A DNA stretch of 63,783 bases, the filler included, from Basidiobolus ranarum (taxonomy: Eukaryota), in the NCBI GenBank assembly GCA_040143965.1. It is 3 parts of 3 records of this genome, joined end to end, with 100 filler letters (N's around TTAATTAATTAA, not from the genome) between each part and the next. Parts side by side here need not be neighbours in the genome. Positions count along the whole stretch, not along the records: positions 21,327 to 42,513 come from JASJQH010000211.1; 2 more parts are not named here. One strand, written 5' to 3'. Below the pieces are notes generated by a model. It was not told the DNA's origin. It worked only from the letters and a program-made list of their open reading frames with translations, and did no database searches. The position numbers were made by a program, and so were the translations under genes. Below, in pieces: positions 26,348 through 40,538 of the stretch (within the stretch, counting starts at the first letter, position 1; every line of letters begins with the position of its first letter).

Positions 26348-29300
26348 ACGTGGCTGAAGGATTGAGAAGTCACATTCATTCATTCATTCTAAATAATTTT
26401 ATTCAACATTTTGGTATTGGGTATTTTGTTTGCTTTGCTCATGTAAATAATAATCATGATCAGTTTTTTTTAACGCATTCACTTTGGAACTATTTCAACC
26501 TTCCCTTTGTTATTTTATTAATTCCTTACCACCCAGCTATCGATTCACTCTGAACAAGCTATCCCATATTATTTGCCCATGAACTAATCGATCTTTTAAT
26601 TGTACTATTTCCGTGTGCTTCCTAGAGATATATTAATAGATTTAAGCGAAGTAAATATCTCCCATTACCCCTAAAATTCCATCTACACCCACGTCTACCA
26701 TGGAAGCTTCGCCATGCGTCGCACAAGGATCCCATCCACGTGTAATGTTGTACTCTAGAGATACAAAGTCTCCATGGATAGATCATATATGGTCACGAAA
26801 GCAACTTCTCTGTATGAAGTTACCAAATACGAGACTTCATTAAGAAAAAAAAATGGAAGACGAAGCAACTAAAGGTATTCGTTATGGAAATATTTCGCAA
26901 TATGAAAGCAGTCACTCGATTGAAATTATTGGCAAGTTCCTCGGCAATTGGCTTTTGATCGTTGTACACCCAATGACTCAGGAGTAAGCAATCGACCATC
27001 CTTAAACTGAAAAAGAAATCATCAAATTATTTAGGTCCTTTCTGTTTCTCAGAATTTCCCGCTAGTCCTAGCTCTAAGTAATTACTTTCTCACCTACAAG
27101 CTCCTTGAAGTCACCTGGATTTCCAGTAATTTCTATCTATCCAAATCACTGTTACTAAAATGTAACTTCTATTATACTGGTCATCCAATCCTATTTTAAT
27201 CTTATCTTGTCCGATCTTGATATGGTATCGAACCTGTCAGTTTCATGACTCTAGTCAGATGGATATCAAGGGTGTCTTGCTGAATATATTGAGGCTGTGC
27301 TGCATCATCTCACTTCATTTCACCACACCTCGCCACTTGTCTACCTTCTCATTATGATAGAGTGTTGCGAAGAAAGGCTATCGAGTCTCTGAAGCAACAA
27401 TGATTGTCCATTTTGTGGCTGAGCCCAGAGAACCAAAACCAGCTAACCAACCATTCCAGGATGTGAGTGCAAGTGCGACTAATATTGGGTTCAAATGAAA
27501 AGCTCGTGGATCACAATCATATGGGTCCATTTACCCGGTAAGTTCTCAAGATCCATGGGTGACAATTAGGTTAGATATGCATTCTTGTCACACATTGCAA
27601 GCATAGAGACTCGCCAACAATGGATGATCCAACCAGTTCTCAAGAAGAGATCCGATCTCAAAGCCAAGGTCTATCGAAGCAACATTCCATCTTCTTACTG
27701 CAGGTGGATAGTGTGAAAACGCTGGCGGTGCTTGCTAGAGACAAACTCTCTACAGAGTGGATTCATAATTGATTCGTGGTTCCTCCTCCCCTCCCCTTTG
27801 ACCTGAAAAGATATAACCCGGTAATAAAATAACGGAACCCAACGAAGTGCAATGAAACGAGGAGAAGAGGAATGTAACGTAACGCAACACAACGTCACTT
27901 CTTGTCATCATAGTTGTATTAACATCTTGTTTCACAAACATATCTCATTCCTGGCACCTCTCCAATTACAAACACTCTTCCAAGCCAATCACTACTTTCA
28001 TTACATGTTGCTACTCCACTCCACTCTGCTCCTCTTCTCACCTCACCATTCATCTACAATTCCCTCATCGCTATCGAAAGAATGTGATGAGTCCATTGGC
28101 GCCAATGATACAAATGGTCATTGAAGCAGGAATACAAACCGGATGCGCATTGGCGAGACTAATTACAGGCTAGGCTAGTGGTCAGAGTAATAGCACTTGG
28201 CTGATCAGTGCCATTAGACTTGTACAATGCTACTCAAGATATTCTAGGCTCGTTTACACAGGATAGCAACAATAGTGAATGTCTAAGCGAAAGTAAACCA
28301 GGCTTTGCGGTATTTATTTGACAATATCTGTGGTATGTCGAGAGGGGCAGATACTAGTGACCAGCGCAAAGGTGATAAGGGTGAGGCAATATGATGGGGT
28401 GAGAGCAGGGGAGGGGAGGGCATGGGAGTGGTGAGGTTAGTGATGCATGATGTGAAGGATATGATTGGTTGCCTAGAGAACCATAATCGCTGAATTGAAT
28501 CTGGATAAGACCTCATTTATCCCCTTAAACTTTGCTGATTTTGAGAACTGTGACTCCGCAGCGTGTTCGGTGTATTAGCTCGATGGGAAAGCGTTTATCT
28601 CGGGAAAATGTTTATGAAGTTGCTAAAGTAGTCCTACTGAGATAGGTAATAAGGAAATAAATTTGGATGAGACACGAGAAGAAAGCTTTGTTAGGAAGGG
28701 CTGTAGATTTCATATATTTTGGGATAAACCTGCAAGAAACTTCACCAAATCCTAGCAAAAGTCTCACGGTCGGAGAATATATTGTGGTATTTGTGTTACA
28801 GATTCTTTATTGATGGCATTCCACCCATGTAAAGTATATTACAATAGTTGGAACTCTATCTCAGCTTAACCCTGACCTGTGTAATATTGAATTTATCTTG
28901 TGGCTACAATTGATCCTTTTATTGTAGCAAATATTTTGAATGCATGCTGCAGTCATGTCGATACATCCTAGTATTTGGGCGAAGTGTATTTATGTGCATG
29001 ACTTCAACTGGTTTGTTGAGGTCAATGCACCCTAAATCGGATTTCGTATAACCTATTAAAGCCAATCACCATGCACTACGTAACGGGCGAACTCTGTCTA
29101 GTTTATGCTTTCATATATTCTACAGGTTGTTCGTCTAGTTTTGGCTTATCTAGGGGGTGAACAACACGCTTAGTACTACTTAATGGTACACTACAGTTCT
29201 TTGTATTTCAATTTATTTTTACACAAGACCAAAAGGTTTATTTCTTTACATGCTTACCAAGCATACTAAGAGAATACATCAAATATTGTTGGTGTGTACA

Positions 29301-30888
29301 TCTCAGCTGGCAGGCCAAGTCAAAACGGGCCTGATACCAACAATCATAGCCTTGAAGTTATAGCATAGTAGCTGATACAGAAACTATCTGTGCAAATTAG
29401 CTACTAATATCTACTTCAGCTACTGTAGCATGGACATCCCGTTAAGTGAATTATCAGTTTTTATCAAATCAGGTATTATGTAAACATGCTCATTGTTGAA
29501 GATATGAGTCCAGTGGCTAAAGTATATCTACTAAGTGCTTTCAGCTCATAATCACTTGTTCTTGGCGTAAATTCCATCAGATTGGATATTCCTATGAATC
29601 TCAGATAGTCAACCCAACACAAGTTATACTGAAGCCTTAATAAAGCAATTTATTAACTGGATCAACTATTCCACAGATAGCATGTTAATGGTGTCGAATG
29701 CTGAATGCTGATCTTCAGAAAGTCGAAGGTCGATCGGATATAGGCTCGTTGCAAGGGTAAATAACATGTGGTAAACATAAATTTGAGTGAATAGAAAACT
29801 TGATAAGCTAGTTTTTTTTAGTGAGTCTTAATTTTGATTGGTACCAAATATATTTTCAGCGATCCCACTTTAGTATTGATCTAATCTGCCTATCTTAGAA
29901 ATTGTACTTTCCAGTAGATTGTGGCTATGGGAGTTACAAAATGATTATCGAAAGAGTATGTCAGGGGTTTTGCTAAAACTTTTCAAAATGGAATGGTCAA
30001 CCTTCGATTTTGCCAAGCTTCAATATACATTTATAGAACTCTCTGCTCAGCATGTCCTAATTAGACTGCATAGTAGTTCTCACTGTCAAGTAGCTATCGT
30101 CTGTAAAACAATATTTGATCCCTACTGCAAGCCAGCATCTATTACAGCGAAACTCTGGAAATCCTCGTTCATTCACCTTTACAAGACTTGATTTCTCCTC
30201 AAGGTTAGGAGTATGCACTTCTTATGGTTGAGGCTTCTGCTAATGGGCCAATTATTGCAAGAGAACCTTATATTGAATGTCTGTGCAGTTGTATGGGTGT
30301 ATTTTCGAAATCTTCGTTTTCAGATCGTGAAATGTAATGCCTAGACACCACTTATGGTTAGTCACTTAATCTAAATGTTAATGCCGGTATCAATTTCCGT
30401 CGAGCCCACATTGGGAGTGGAGGTTCTATGGCGATCTAAAGACGGACGAACATTCGATTTAGAAAGTCATGCTGATTAGGTAAAAACTGCCATGATACTG
30501 AGTAAACTGCACATGTTTAAAGAGATAACGGCCAAATATGTTGGAATGATTGATGTCATTGGTTTGCTGACAATTAAAAAGTGTACAATCACGATCTGTA
30601 TAACAAGTTGAAATAAAAATGGTAAGAACATCTTCGCTTATATCGGGAAAGGAAGATACACCGAGGTTTTCTAAGTACTGAATTGGTTAGTCTATTATTG
30701 GTTTGGGGGGATTTAACAAAAGAGATCAGATCCTAAAACAATTAACAACTCAAAATAGTATTTTGGAAATGCAAAGAAAAACATGCTAGTCATGAGGAAA
30801 CCTTACATGTCGAGCCCAACAGACGATTCAAAGTATAAAAGTGGGTTAGGAATGTACGAGTTTCAACACCCAATTTTGCAATACTGCG

Positions 30889-31815
30889 ATGTCTGCAATT
30901 GTCGAAGAACAGATTACAATTCCCGAGAACATCAATCCAGCCGCAGGTAAACCTGGGCAGGATTCCAAGGGCCAGATAGTTGCTGCTGAGGTCAAAGTTA
31001 ACGAAGGTTTGTCCAAAATGCAAAGATTCTTGAACACCGGTGCTCTGGGTAATTTCCGCTCCACCTACAGAGAATACATGGCAGAGTTCTTAGGGACTTT
31101 TGTGTTCATAAGCTTCACAATTGGTGTAATGCAACAGGTCAAGATGGAGATTGGAGGTTACTCAGCGACTGGTAACACCCTCTCCTGGGGTATTGGCTTT
31201 GGTTTCATGTTGGGGTTGTATATGTGTGCTGGTATTTCTGGAGGCCATGTGAATCCAGCCATTACCCTCTCAATGGCAATAAACCGTGGTTTCCCTTGGA
31301 AGAAAGTGCCCGGGTATATAATTGCACAAGTTTTGGGAGCATTCTTCGCTGCTTTGTTGAATTTCACCTACTTCCATGCTCAGATACTTAGATTCGAAAA
31401 AGGAAGTCGGGATATTCAATCAGCTGGTCTTTTTGTAGCTTTCCTTGCAGATTATATGTCTATCGGTAGCGCTTTCTATGCTGAGTTTGTCAATACTGCC
31501 TTTTTCGCTGGTTGCATTTTCGCTATCACAGATCGTCTAAACACTGGTGCCTCAAATTATGCTCCAATGACTCTCGGTCTGTTGATGGCCGGAGTCGGTC
31601 TTAGCTTCGGCTCTCTTACCGGCTTTATCATGAATCCCGCACGTGATCTAGGTCCTAGAATCTTCATGTCAATGGCTGGCTGGGAAAGCATTCCGTGGAC
31701 TGGTGGTGATTACTTCTTCTGGGTCACATGGGTAGGACCAACCTTCGGTGCAATTCTGGGTGGATTTCTTTATGAATTTTTCGCTTGTTCCACCCCCAAT
31801 AACAAATTCAAATAA
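30889..31815 (+). CDS. Aquaglyceroporin (MIP family, GlpF/Fps1-like), intronless
   Basis: AEFLGT, SGGHVNPAIT, MNPARDLGPR (D after the second NPA indicates the glycerol type) and YFFWVTWVGPTFGAILGGFLY. Confidence 0.93.
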   Translation: MSAIVEEQITIPENINPAAGKPGQDSKGQIVAAEVKVNEGLSKMQRFLNTGALGNFRSTYREYMAEFLGTFVFISFTIGVMQQVKMEIGGYSATGNTLSWGIGFGFMLGLYMCAGISGGHVNPAITLSMAINRGFPWKKVPGYIIAQVLGAFFAALLNFTYFHAQILRFEKGSRDIQSAGLFVAFLADYMSIGSAFYAEFVNTAFFAGCIFAITDRLNTGASNYAPMTLGLLMAGVGLSFGSLTGFIMNPARDLGPRIFMSMAGWESIPWTGGDYFFWVTWVGPTFGAILGGFLYEFFACSTPNNKFK

Positions 31816-32827
31816 GTGGTTCTTTTTGCGATTCTCCCTTTGAAGCAAGCCAAATATTTTTAATGCAATGACATGGTATCACCATAAATCAGTAGTATTA
31901 GTTACCAGCATTGTTCAAAAACCGATAATCCGACTGTTTTATAAATAAACTAGAATATATTTTTTTACTCAAGAAACGCTATTTCGTCCACTGTTATATG
32001 GTAACGGTGAATATTTCATCTGCTTTGTGAATGCTTGCAGCTTTTAAATGGGCCCTTTAAAGTCAACAGTTGTTTACTGAAACCGCGAAATCTGAGAATC
32101 TGTATATTAACCAAATCGACTATGGATCGTTTTTGGCGAATCATTCATCCTTATCGAGTTTCTGGGTGCCTGGAACATGGCTCATTGGATGGCATTGGTT
32201 GATGGTACAAACAATATTACAATTAATTAGAAATTATGCAATGACTGGCGGATGGGTGAGCATTCCTGGGATAACCAGCACTGCGTTATTCGTACGCACC
32301 TACATAGGCACAGCCTAAAACCAAGCTAACACCAACTGAAGCTTCCATCATGTTGATCCGTCCTGAAGCTCCTTTTTCGGTGGAGATTTAGACGCTGAGA
32401 GTTCCGTCCTTGCACTGCATTGTCTCATTAAGGCCATTGGAGCTTGTGGGTTTGAGTTGCCGTGGACAAGTAAATCCCTAGATTGGAAGTCAAGAAATAT
32501 AGAACACGATAAATCACTCCCTAATTGAACAATCTATTAGGATTATTGTTAGGATCAATTTGATAAGCTATACATGTATTTACTAGGGTCTGGTAGATGA
32601 CAGCCTCAAATCTAGTTCGCTATCATTTGAGTGCTTCATAACATAATCATCAGAGTTTCTCAAATACACCACAACCTCTATTTGACGCTTTTTATTTTAT
32701 TTTAAACTCTATCCATCTCTTCCCTCTTATATTATAAGCTGGCTTACAGGCAAGCACTATCATATTCTTATTCGTCCTCAAGCTATTCTTCCCTTTTTCT
32801 TAAGCCTCAAGTACTATCCGAAGTATA

Positions 32828-33608
<781 letters not shown>

Positions 33609-34360
33609 GGGCTATAAATCTTTCCAGGGTTGAATCCCACTGTTCACTCCACTCACCAATTTTCACTTGACTCGTAAGAACGAGAGATTATTTTTGTTAG
33701 TTTCCTAAAGCCAAGAAAGAACCTACAACCATGTTTCAAACTACTTAAAATTTCGTTGGGATAGAGAACTCTTTCCATTTTTCTCTTACTCAAATAATTA
33801 GTACTTTCCTTCCCTCCTCACACAAAAGTTCGCACTCATTTTATATTAATCTCCGTTTATTGCTAACATGAATATATATCTAACCCTGGAATATGGAAAA
33901 ACTTTACCTCGCATCTCTTTGTGCTCTTCGAGAGTTATATATCTAGCCAGCATGTCAAGTTTTAGTAGAAGATCGCATCATATGATATGCTCGTTACAAA
34001 CAAATCCATACGATATTTAAGTTAAATGATGAATTATTAATTTCGATGATGTCGTTTTTATGAAATATTGAAAATCCAGTAATTCTATTTGTCCATTGAA
34101 TTATCCTCTTAATCATGTGCCAAGTTCGGAAATAGACCGTCCTCATTTGGCAACATCATAATTAACCTTGAAGTGGGATTGGATAGTAACTACTTTACAT
34201 TATAAATAACTTCATTAAAACTCTACGGTAATTAAAGAATGGTGATACAAGAGAATTCTCAATGGGACGTTTCTAATTTTTTTCTCAGCCTTTGTATAGG
34301 TCTTTACAAGACTGTTCTTTTACTTCCACTCGTTTATTCCTTAGTTCATTCAATATACTA

Positions 34361-36178
34361 ATGACTTACGATTACGCTAACATTAGTAGAAAAAGACGAT
34401 TTCATTGGTCTGATATATTTTGTATATGGTTCAGATGTTGTGATAGTAAGCCTATTGTGAAAAGATGTTGTCAAGTTGGGGTGGTTTTGGCTTTCCTATT
34501 CATGTTAAAAGCCGTTTCTTATGGACACTGGCGCTGCTCTGATTCTTTCTGGTGTTCAGCTATATTTCCACCTAAATACCCAGTTCCACATCAAACGCTA
34601 CAGCCTTCCGGAAATGCTGGACAAACAAACCTATTGTCTGTGGATACAAACACTAATATCATTGACTATAAAGCCTTCACTGACCAAGGTGATATTATCC
34701 CCGACTACTCTTATGTTGGCTACTATAACGGGGAGAAAGAAATTCCCGAGGATATACCAGTTGTAGAGACTTTGGACCCTTCCAACGGAGATGATACCAC
34801 TAGAATTCAAGAAGCTATCCAAAAAATTGCAGCATTACCAATTGATGGAAAAACCAACTATAGGGGTGCCCTGTTTTTGAGTTCAGGTATTTTTACTGTT
34901 AGTAAAGTTATCAATATAGGTGCCAGTGGCATAGTCATTAGAGGAGATAAGGCGGGGAATACTACTATTGTTTCTACGTTTAAAGACCGCCAGTATACTT
35001 TCAATGTCGATACCAAAGCCAGATTTGTTGTAAACCGCAGAAGTCAGACTGCTATCATGCAAAAATACGTTGCTCTAGGTGCCACTAAGGTTCAAGTCAC
35101 TTCCAAAGATTCCAGGAAATTTGTTGCTGGAGATACTATCGTGATTGCACGCTATGGTAATTGGGACTGGATCCATGAGATTGGTATGGATACTTTATCT
35201 TGGCATGATCCCAATGATAGAAATTCATATGATTGGAGGCCTTTCGAACTCTACTCTACTCGGAAGGTGCAGGAGGTAAACAATGATGAGGGAACCATTA
35301 CTTTTGATGCACCTTTAACTACAAGCATCAATCAAAAATGGGGAGGTGGTTGGGTTGCGAAATACTCATACCCAGACAGACTTGAACATGTCGGAGTTGA
35401 GTATCTTAATGGGGTGTCTACTTATGACGCATCAGTGGTCAAAAAACTTGAAAATGGAGACACCTATTTGGCAGATATGAACCACGCTCTTGGGTTTGTT
35501 CTCATTAAAAATTGCGTGAATTGCTGGGTTCGTACAGTCACCGGTCGTCACTTTGATTATTTCATTACAACCCAGTCGTCTCTACAAGTTACCGTCCAGG
35601 ATTGTACTTACAGTGAACCAGTCTCACCCATTGACGGTGGTTACCGCTATGCTTATTATATGGCGGCGGGTAGTGAAAGAATTCTGTATAAACAATGTCG
35701 TGCTACGGATGCCCGACATCCATTTATCGTCGGATCTCAAATTACAGGACCTAATGTCTTCCATGATTGTGAATCTACAAGAGACATTGCCACGAGTGGT
35801 GAGTTTTATATTTATATTTTCTCCATTACCCTTATGTTATGAGCAATTATACTTACCTATCAAATAGAACCTCACATGCGTTGGTCCGTTGGAGGTCTCT
35901 TTGATCAAGTCAAGTCCACGATTGCCGTTCAGTACCGTGGTTATATGGGTAGTGGTCACGGGTGGTCAGGTGCGAACTACATGCTTTGGAACTGTGAAGG
36001 GAGTGCCATTGTACAAAAGCCACCTACAGCTCAGAATTTTGCCGTTGGTCATGTAGGGGAAAAGTTAAAGCCAGCATTTCAGGGAAAACAAGATGGATGG
36101 TATGAGGGTACAGGAAAGCATGTGGAACCAGCCAGTCTTTACCAGCAACAATTAAAGGCCAGACTTCAAAAAAAATAA
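34361..36178 (+). CDS. Pectin lyase-like right-handed beta-helix protein of bacterial type, with N-terminal membrane anchor, 2 exons (intron 35799-35867)
   Basis: IPDYSYVGYYNGEKEIP, GDDTTRIQEAI, RGALFLSSG, GIVIRGD, GPNVF, SEPHMRWSVGGLFD, RGYMGSGHGWSGANYMLWNC, VQKPPTAQNFAVG, PASLYQQQL. Hydrophobic segment VGVVLAFLFMLKAV near the N-terminus. Confidence 0.8.
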
Positions 36179-37779
36179 GCGAAAGGAACTGTAATTGAGC
36201 GCCGGATGATCTCAGCCAACCCCTAAACTTGTTTCTTTCCAAACTTCAGTTTTGTTTCTTTTTTGATTAATTCAATCCTCATTTCCCACATTGATTATTC
36301 ACAACTACCAATAACTCACTCATTTTACTGCTAATATGTTATTGTACATTTATTCCTTAGTAGCTGAAATAAAGTATTCCCAGCACTCGGATCTCTATAT
36401 AATCTTATCTGACTATTCAACAATATCGGGAATTCTTAACCCTTGTTAGTTTCAAAGCAGAATAAGCTAGATTCTGATCTTTGAATCATCATTAGATGTC
36501 GTTCTAGCTGCGAATGCCAAGTTGAAAACTCATATGAAGAAATTTTTGATGGGCTTTTGCAGAGGAAACCCTAACCCTCTAATTGCTTAGGATTTCCCTC
36601 ATCCATCACACTAACGCTATGCTTGCTCAGATATAGGACTCCTGAAACGCTTCGGACCGAGATATCAAAAATAGATTGACGCTGATAGGGCGATCAGGAG
36701 ATCTATGTATTTTGCCTCTGTCGGGGGATTGAGAATTTTGATCATGAATCCAGTAAACATAGCCATGCATCCTCTACCATTCATGGTATTTGTAGAGAAT
36801 AGACAATAGAGATATGAATATACGAATGCTACAAATGCACATGCTAACCCTAATTTCACTAGACGACTCATTCTTAACGATCTTAAGGATCACTATACGC
36901 CAGAACAATCCAACTGATGAAAGCAAGATTAGTGACCGGTTGCCATCTAATACGCTTCATTTTGCTCTACTTCTATTGATTCTCTATTCCAGCCATATAT
37001 TCTTGACTGGATCATATCGATACTCCGTTCTTTGGAACTATCTGTGATGCTCGTTTCCTTGTCAATGGCGAGTTCCTGGAATGTTTTCTAACCAATATGT
37101 ACAGATATTGTTTTCAGCTTATTTGTACGAGTAAGGAAGCTATCTCGGAGGTTATCCAGAAGGCATCACCCTAATCCACCGCTATTCTATAAAGTAAGAT
37201 AAGAGTAATATTCTATTACATTCAGCATCAATCTCCCCTGTGAATCTGACACCAATAGCTCGTTTGTTTGATAATTAAATATAATTTTGCACACATTTTC
37301 ACGGCTATAATTTCGACTAACCACGTTATCTGTAACCCAGTCCCATATCTCCGCTGTCATAAAACAATCGTCAATTTTAAACTAGATCTCTTACGAGGTC
37401 GAAACGTAGTCACAACCTTTGATAAGGCTTGATTTGAATCTAGATACTATTTCAATTGGTTTCAACTAGCAGTGTGGCAGTTAATTTGTATTGCTAGACC
37501 ATTATCCTTCGTCGAAACCATTCTGTATTCTCCTATATATTGCATAGGTTCGACATGTTGCAGTTTGATTTATTCTGCTCATCCATTCATTTCTTTAACA
37601 ACGTCATTAATTTCGTGTGTGTAGAAACCACTCACCTTAACATACATTAATTTATCTTTTCCTCTCCATACTCTTTCCTAAGTGTAGGTTTCCTTCACAT
37701 CCCCTCGATAATTATTGGAGAATCCCGGTTCATTTAATTTTTTGCTACGAAACTTCAATCCTATCTATTTTGTGTGAAT

Positions 37780-38538
37780 ATGAGAGTTCAAGCTGACCCT
37801 CTAGCAATGCAAACACTCAAAGTTGCCAGGACAAATAACCTGAGCACAGAAGCATTACTCCGCAAAAAAGGCAGTTTCAACATTCCTACTAAAAGAGGAG
37901 CCGAACATACTCTCAATATCTCTCAGCCCATCGATAGTAATTGTCCTACTCTTCCGGTTGCGAATACTCGACCTATGACTGGATTTGAACGCATTATGGC
38001 AGCTGCTGGTGCTGACACTGAGACACAGCTTATGAGCTTTATAAACGACTATAATGATTTTGAACCTATGCCCAGTCTTATGGCTGGTTCAAGCGGAGGA
38101 GATACTTTCGAACTAGATTCCGAAGCCGGTACAAGAAAACAGAAGGTATCTTTCAATCAAACACTTAGAGGTTATGTTTCAAACAAAGGATCACATTCAA
38201 ATTACAATCAATCCTTATATATACCTAAACTGAACTCTACCAAGCCCAGTTTATGCTTCGAAAAGATTTCACCAAACCGTGGGTCACAAAATAGAGAATC
38301 GTTGTTGTCCAAAATGCTACAAAATTACAACGAAACACCCGAATCCAGAAAAGTTGCCCCCAATAGATGTACCATTAATTCGGTTCGCGAATCGATTCCA
38401 CTTCGTCTACCACTACCATGCGACACTCCTTACGAATCCAGTAGTAAACCGTTCATTAGCCTTCGTGGCATACGTAATGCCTACGTTCCTCAACAAAGAT
38501 ACCAAACCTATTTTGATGAGGTGGTTCAGATTTGGTAG
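37780..38538 (+). CDS. Hypothetical, probably disordered Ser/Pro/Asn-rich protein
   Basis: Open frame of about 250 codons with protein-like composition, preceded by a pyrimidine-rich leader. No domain recognised. Confidence 0.55.
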   Translation: MRVQADPLAMQTLKVARTNNLSTEALLRKKGSFNIPTKRGAEHTLNISQPIDSNCPTLPVANTRPMTGFERIMAAAGADTETQLMSFINDYNDFEPMPSLMAGSSGGDTFELDSEAGTRKQKVSFNQTLRGYVSNKGSHSNYNQSLYIPKLNSTKPSLCFEKISPNRGSQNRESLLSKMLQNYNETPESRKVAPNRCTINSVRESIPLRLPLPCDTPYESSSKPFISLRGIRNAYVPQQRYQTYFDEVVQIW

Positions 38539-39429
38539 TCCACCGACACAACGAGGAACGTAATATATTATCCCATCTCAGCCCTAAATTACAAACACCT
38601 ACCACAACAATCCTTGTACCTTTAATATGGTTCCTGGCGAAATCTATATATGGTAATTAATAATTCTATCCTCTTTTTTATCACAATACTAGTAGACTAT
38701 TCATTAGAGTATGTATAACCAAATAAGAATCTTTCTTCGAAGCGATAGATCTACTTGGCAAGAAATACTTGTAGAGCGGATTTCATTAGCTTGATTCCTG
38801 TAATCGTCAGACTATAGGCATTGAAACTCGCATAATAAATATGCATCATAGAAGCCCTTGATTCTTAGATATATCTTGATTTAACTTTATAAATAAAATG
38901 TACTGTTGTAACTAACATTGCGGGAACTGAGGAATTATTAACTGGTTTCTTTAAGTATTTAGCGTTCTTTAAATAAAGCCCCTGATTTCATTACCAAATC
39001 ATATAGAAATCTCGATGTTTCCAGTACTTGGGAATTTCATAAGATAATGGGAATCTGCTCCTTTCTTGTCTTATATTTAAGTCCAATAGGTTAGAATCAC
39101 AGCAACCCATCTTGATATATAGTATTATAGTACATTACTTAGGGATATTTAGTCTGGTGTGTGCTGCATCTGCACTGATGAGAACTCGACCTCAGATATG
39201 CACATTGGCAATGTAAGGTAGATCAATTTTATTTTCACTACTTTGAAAGAGCTATAAACTGTAACAAGTGTTGAAAAATTACAGTTGAGTATGCAAAATA
39301 CACATACATCCGAGTTTAGTATATTTAATATTTATATGTTGAATACTTAAGCCAAAATCATAAAATCTATTGAAGAAACGTTGAGAAAAACCTAAACTTC
39401 AAACTGATTCACAGCTCCCCGACCATCTT

Positions 39430-40538
39430 AACATTTTAAAAGCGTTGAAAATAACATAGCTTAAGCATATAGTCATATAGTTAGTTACCTAAATTTCACC
39501 ATGTTATTATGAGATCCATGAGGAATTTATGCTCAATATTGAGACCAATTTGGAAGTTTGAAGATTACATGATTATCTCAATCTTGTCCAAGAGACCCCA
39601 AACTCTATACACATGTTACTGGGACCTTCCGAAATATATTTTTTGTTAAAGTACTTGGGAGCCTGTTGAAAGTGGTTTGGAGAATTAGAGAAATTGGTGG
39701 TTTTCACTTATCGATTTATTGAGTAGAAAGTTGACATTTATAGTTTTGTCAAGTTGTAAGCAAACTAGCGTGTAGAATGTGTTAAAAAGGTCTCAGAAAC
39801 ATATGTGCAAAGTTTGGGGCTTCTAATACAAGTTATCGAAATCTATATATCTGAGAACTTCCAAGTAAATTCCTCTTGAGAATAATGGGTAATATCTCAG
39901 TGAAGTATAGGATAACTAAATACTAAGCTACATATGACTATATAGGTGTTTAGGCAATACTAATTTCAACATTTTTCATGTTGTTTTATCTACTTCCTGA
40001 AAAAATTTACACTCAATAAATCATTAAGTGAAAACTACCAATAGTCCTCCAACATTATTGAATTAAAAAAAAGTATTTTTACTTGGATTAAAAATGAAGA
40101 AAATTCACCGTATCTTTGTGCTTTTTGTTGTAATGTTTTGGGAGTTGTTGAAAGTGAATTGGAGAACTAGAAGAATTGGTCGTTTTCACTTAACGATTTA
40201 TTGAGTGTAAGTTAACATTGATAATTTTATCAGGAAGTAGATAAAACAACGTATTTAATGTGTTAAGAAAGGTCGCAGGAACATGTACACAAAATATTCT
40301 CAAGAGGAATTTACTTAGAAGTTCTCAGATATATAGATTCTTTCAAACCTGTACTAGAAGCACAAAACTTTGCACACATGTTCCTAGGACCTTCCTTGAC
40401 ATATTCTACACGTTAGTTTGTTTACATCCTGACAAAAGTATAAATGTCAACTTTCTACTCAATAAATTAACATGTGAAAACCACCAATTTCTCTAATTCT
40501 CCAAACCACTTTCAACAGGCTCCCAAATACTTTAACAA
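39430..40538. repeat. Nested inverted-repeat (foldback/MITE-like) cluster of a dispersed repeat family
   Basis: 39643-39884 is the imperfect reverse complement of 40295-40538. Inner arms ~39979-40043 pair with ~40177-40250. Related pieces occur at ~39430-39630, 42614-42723 and ~60944-61051. Confidence 0.8.
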
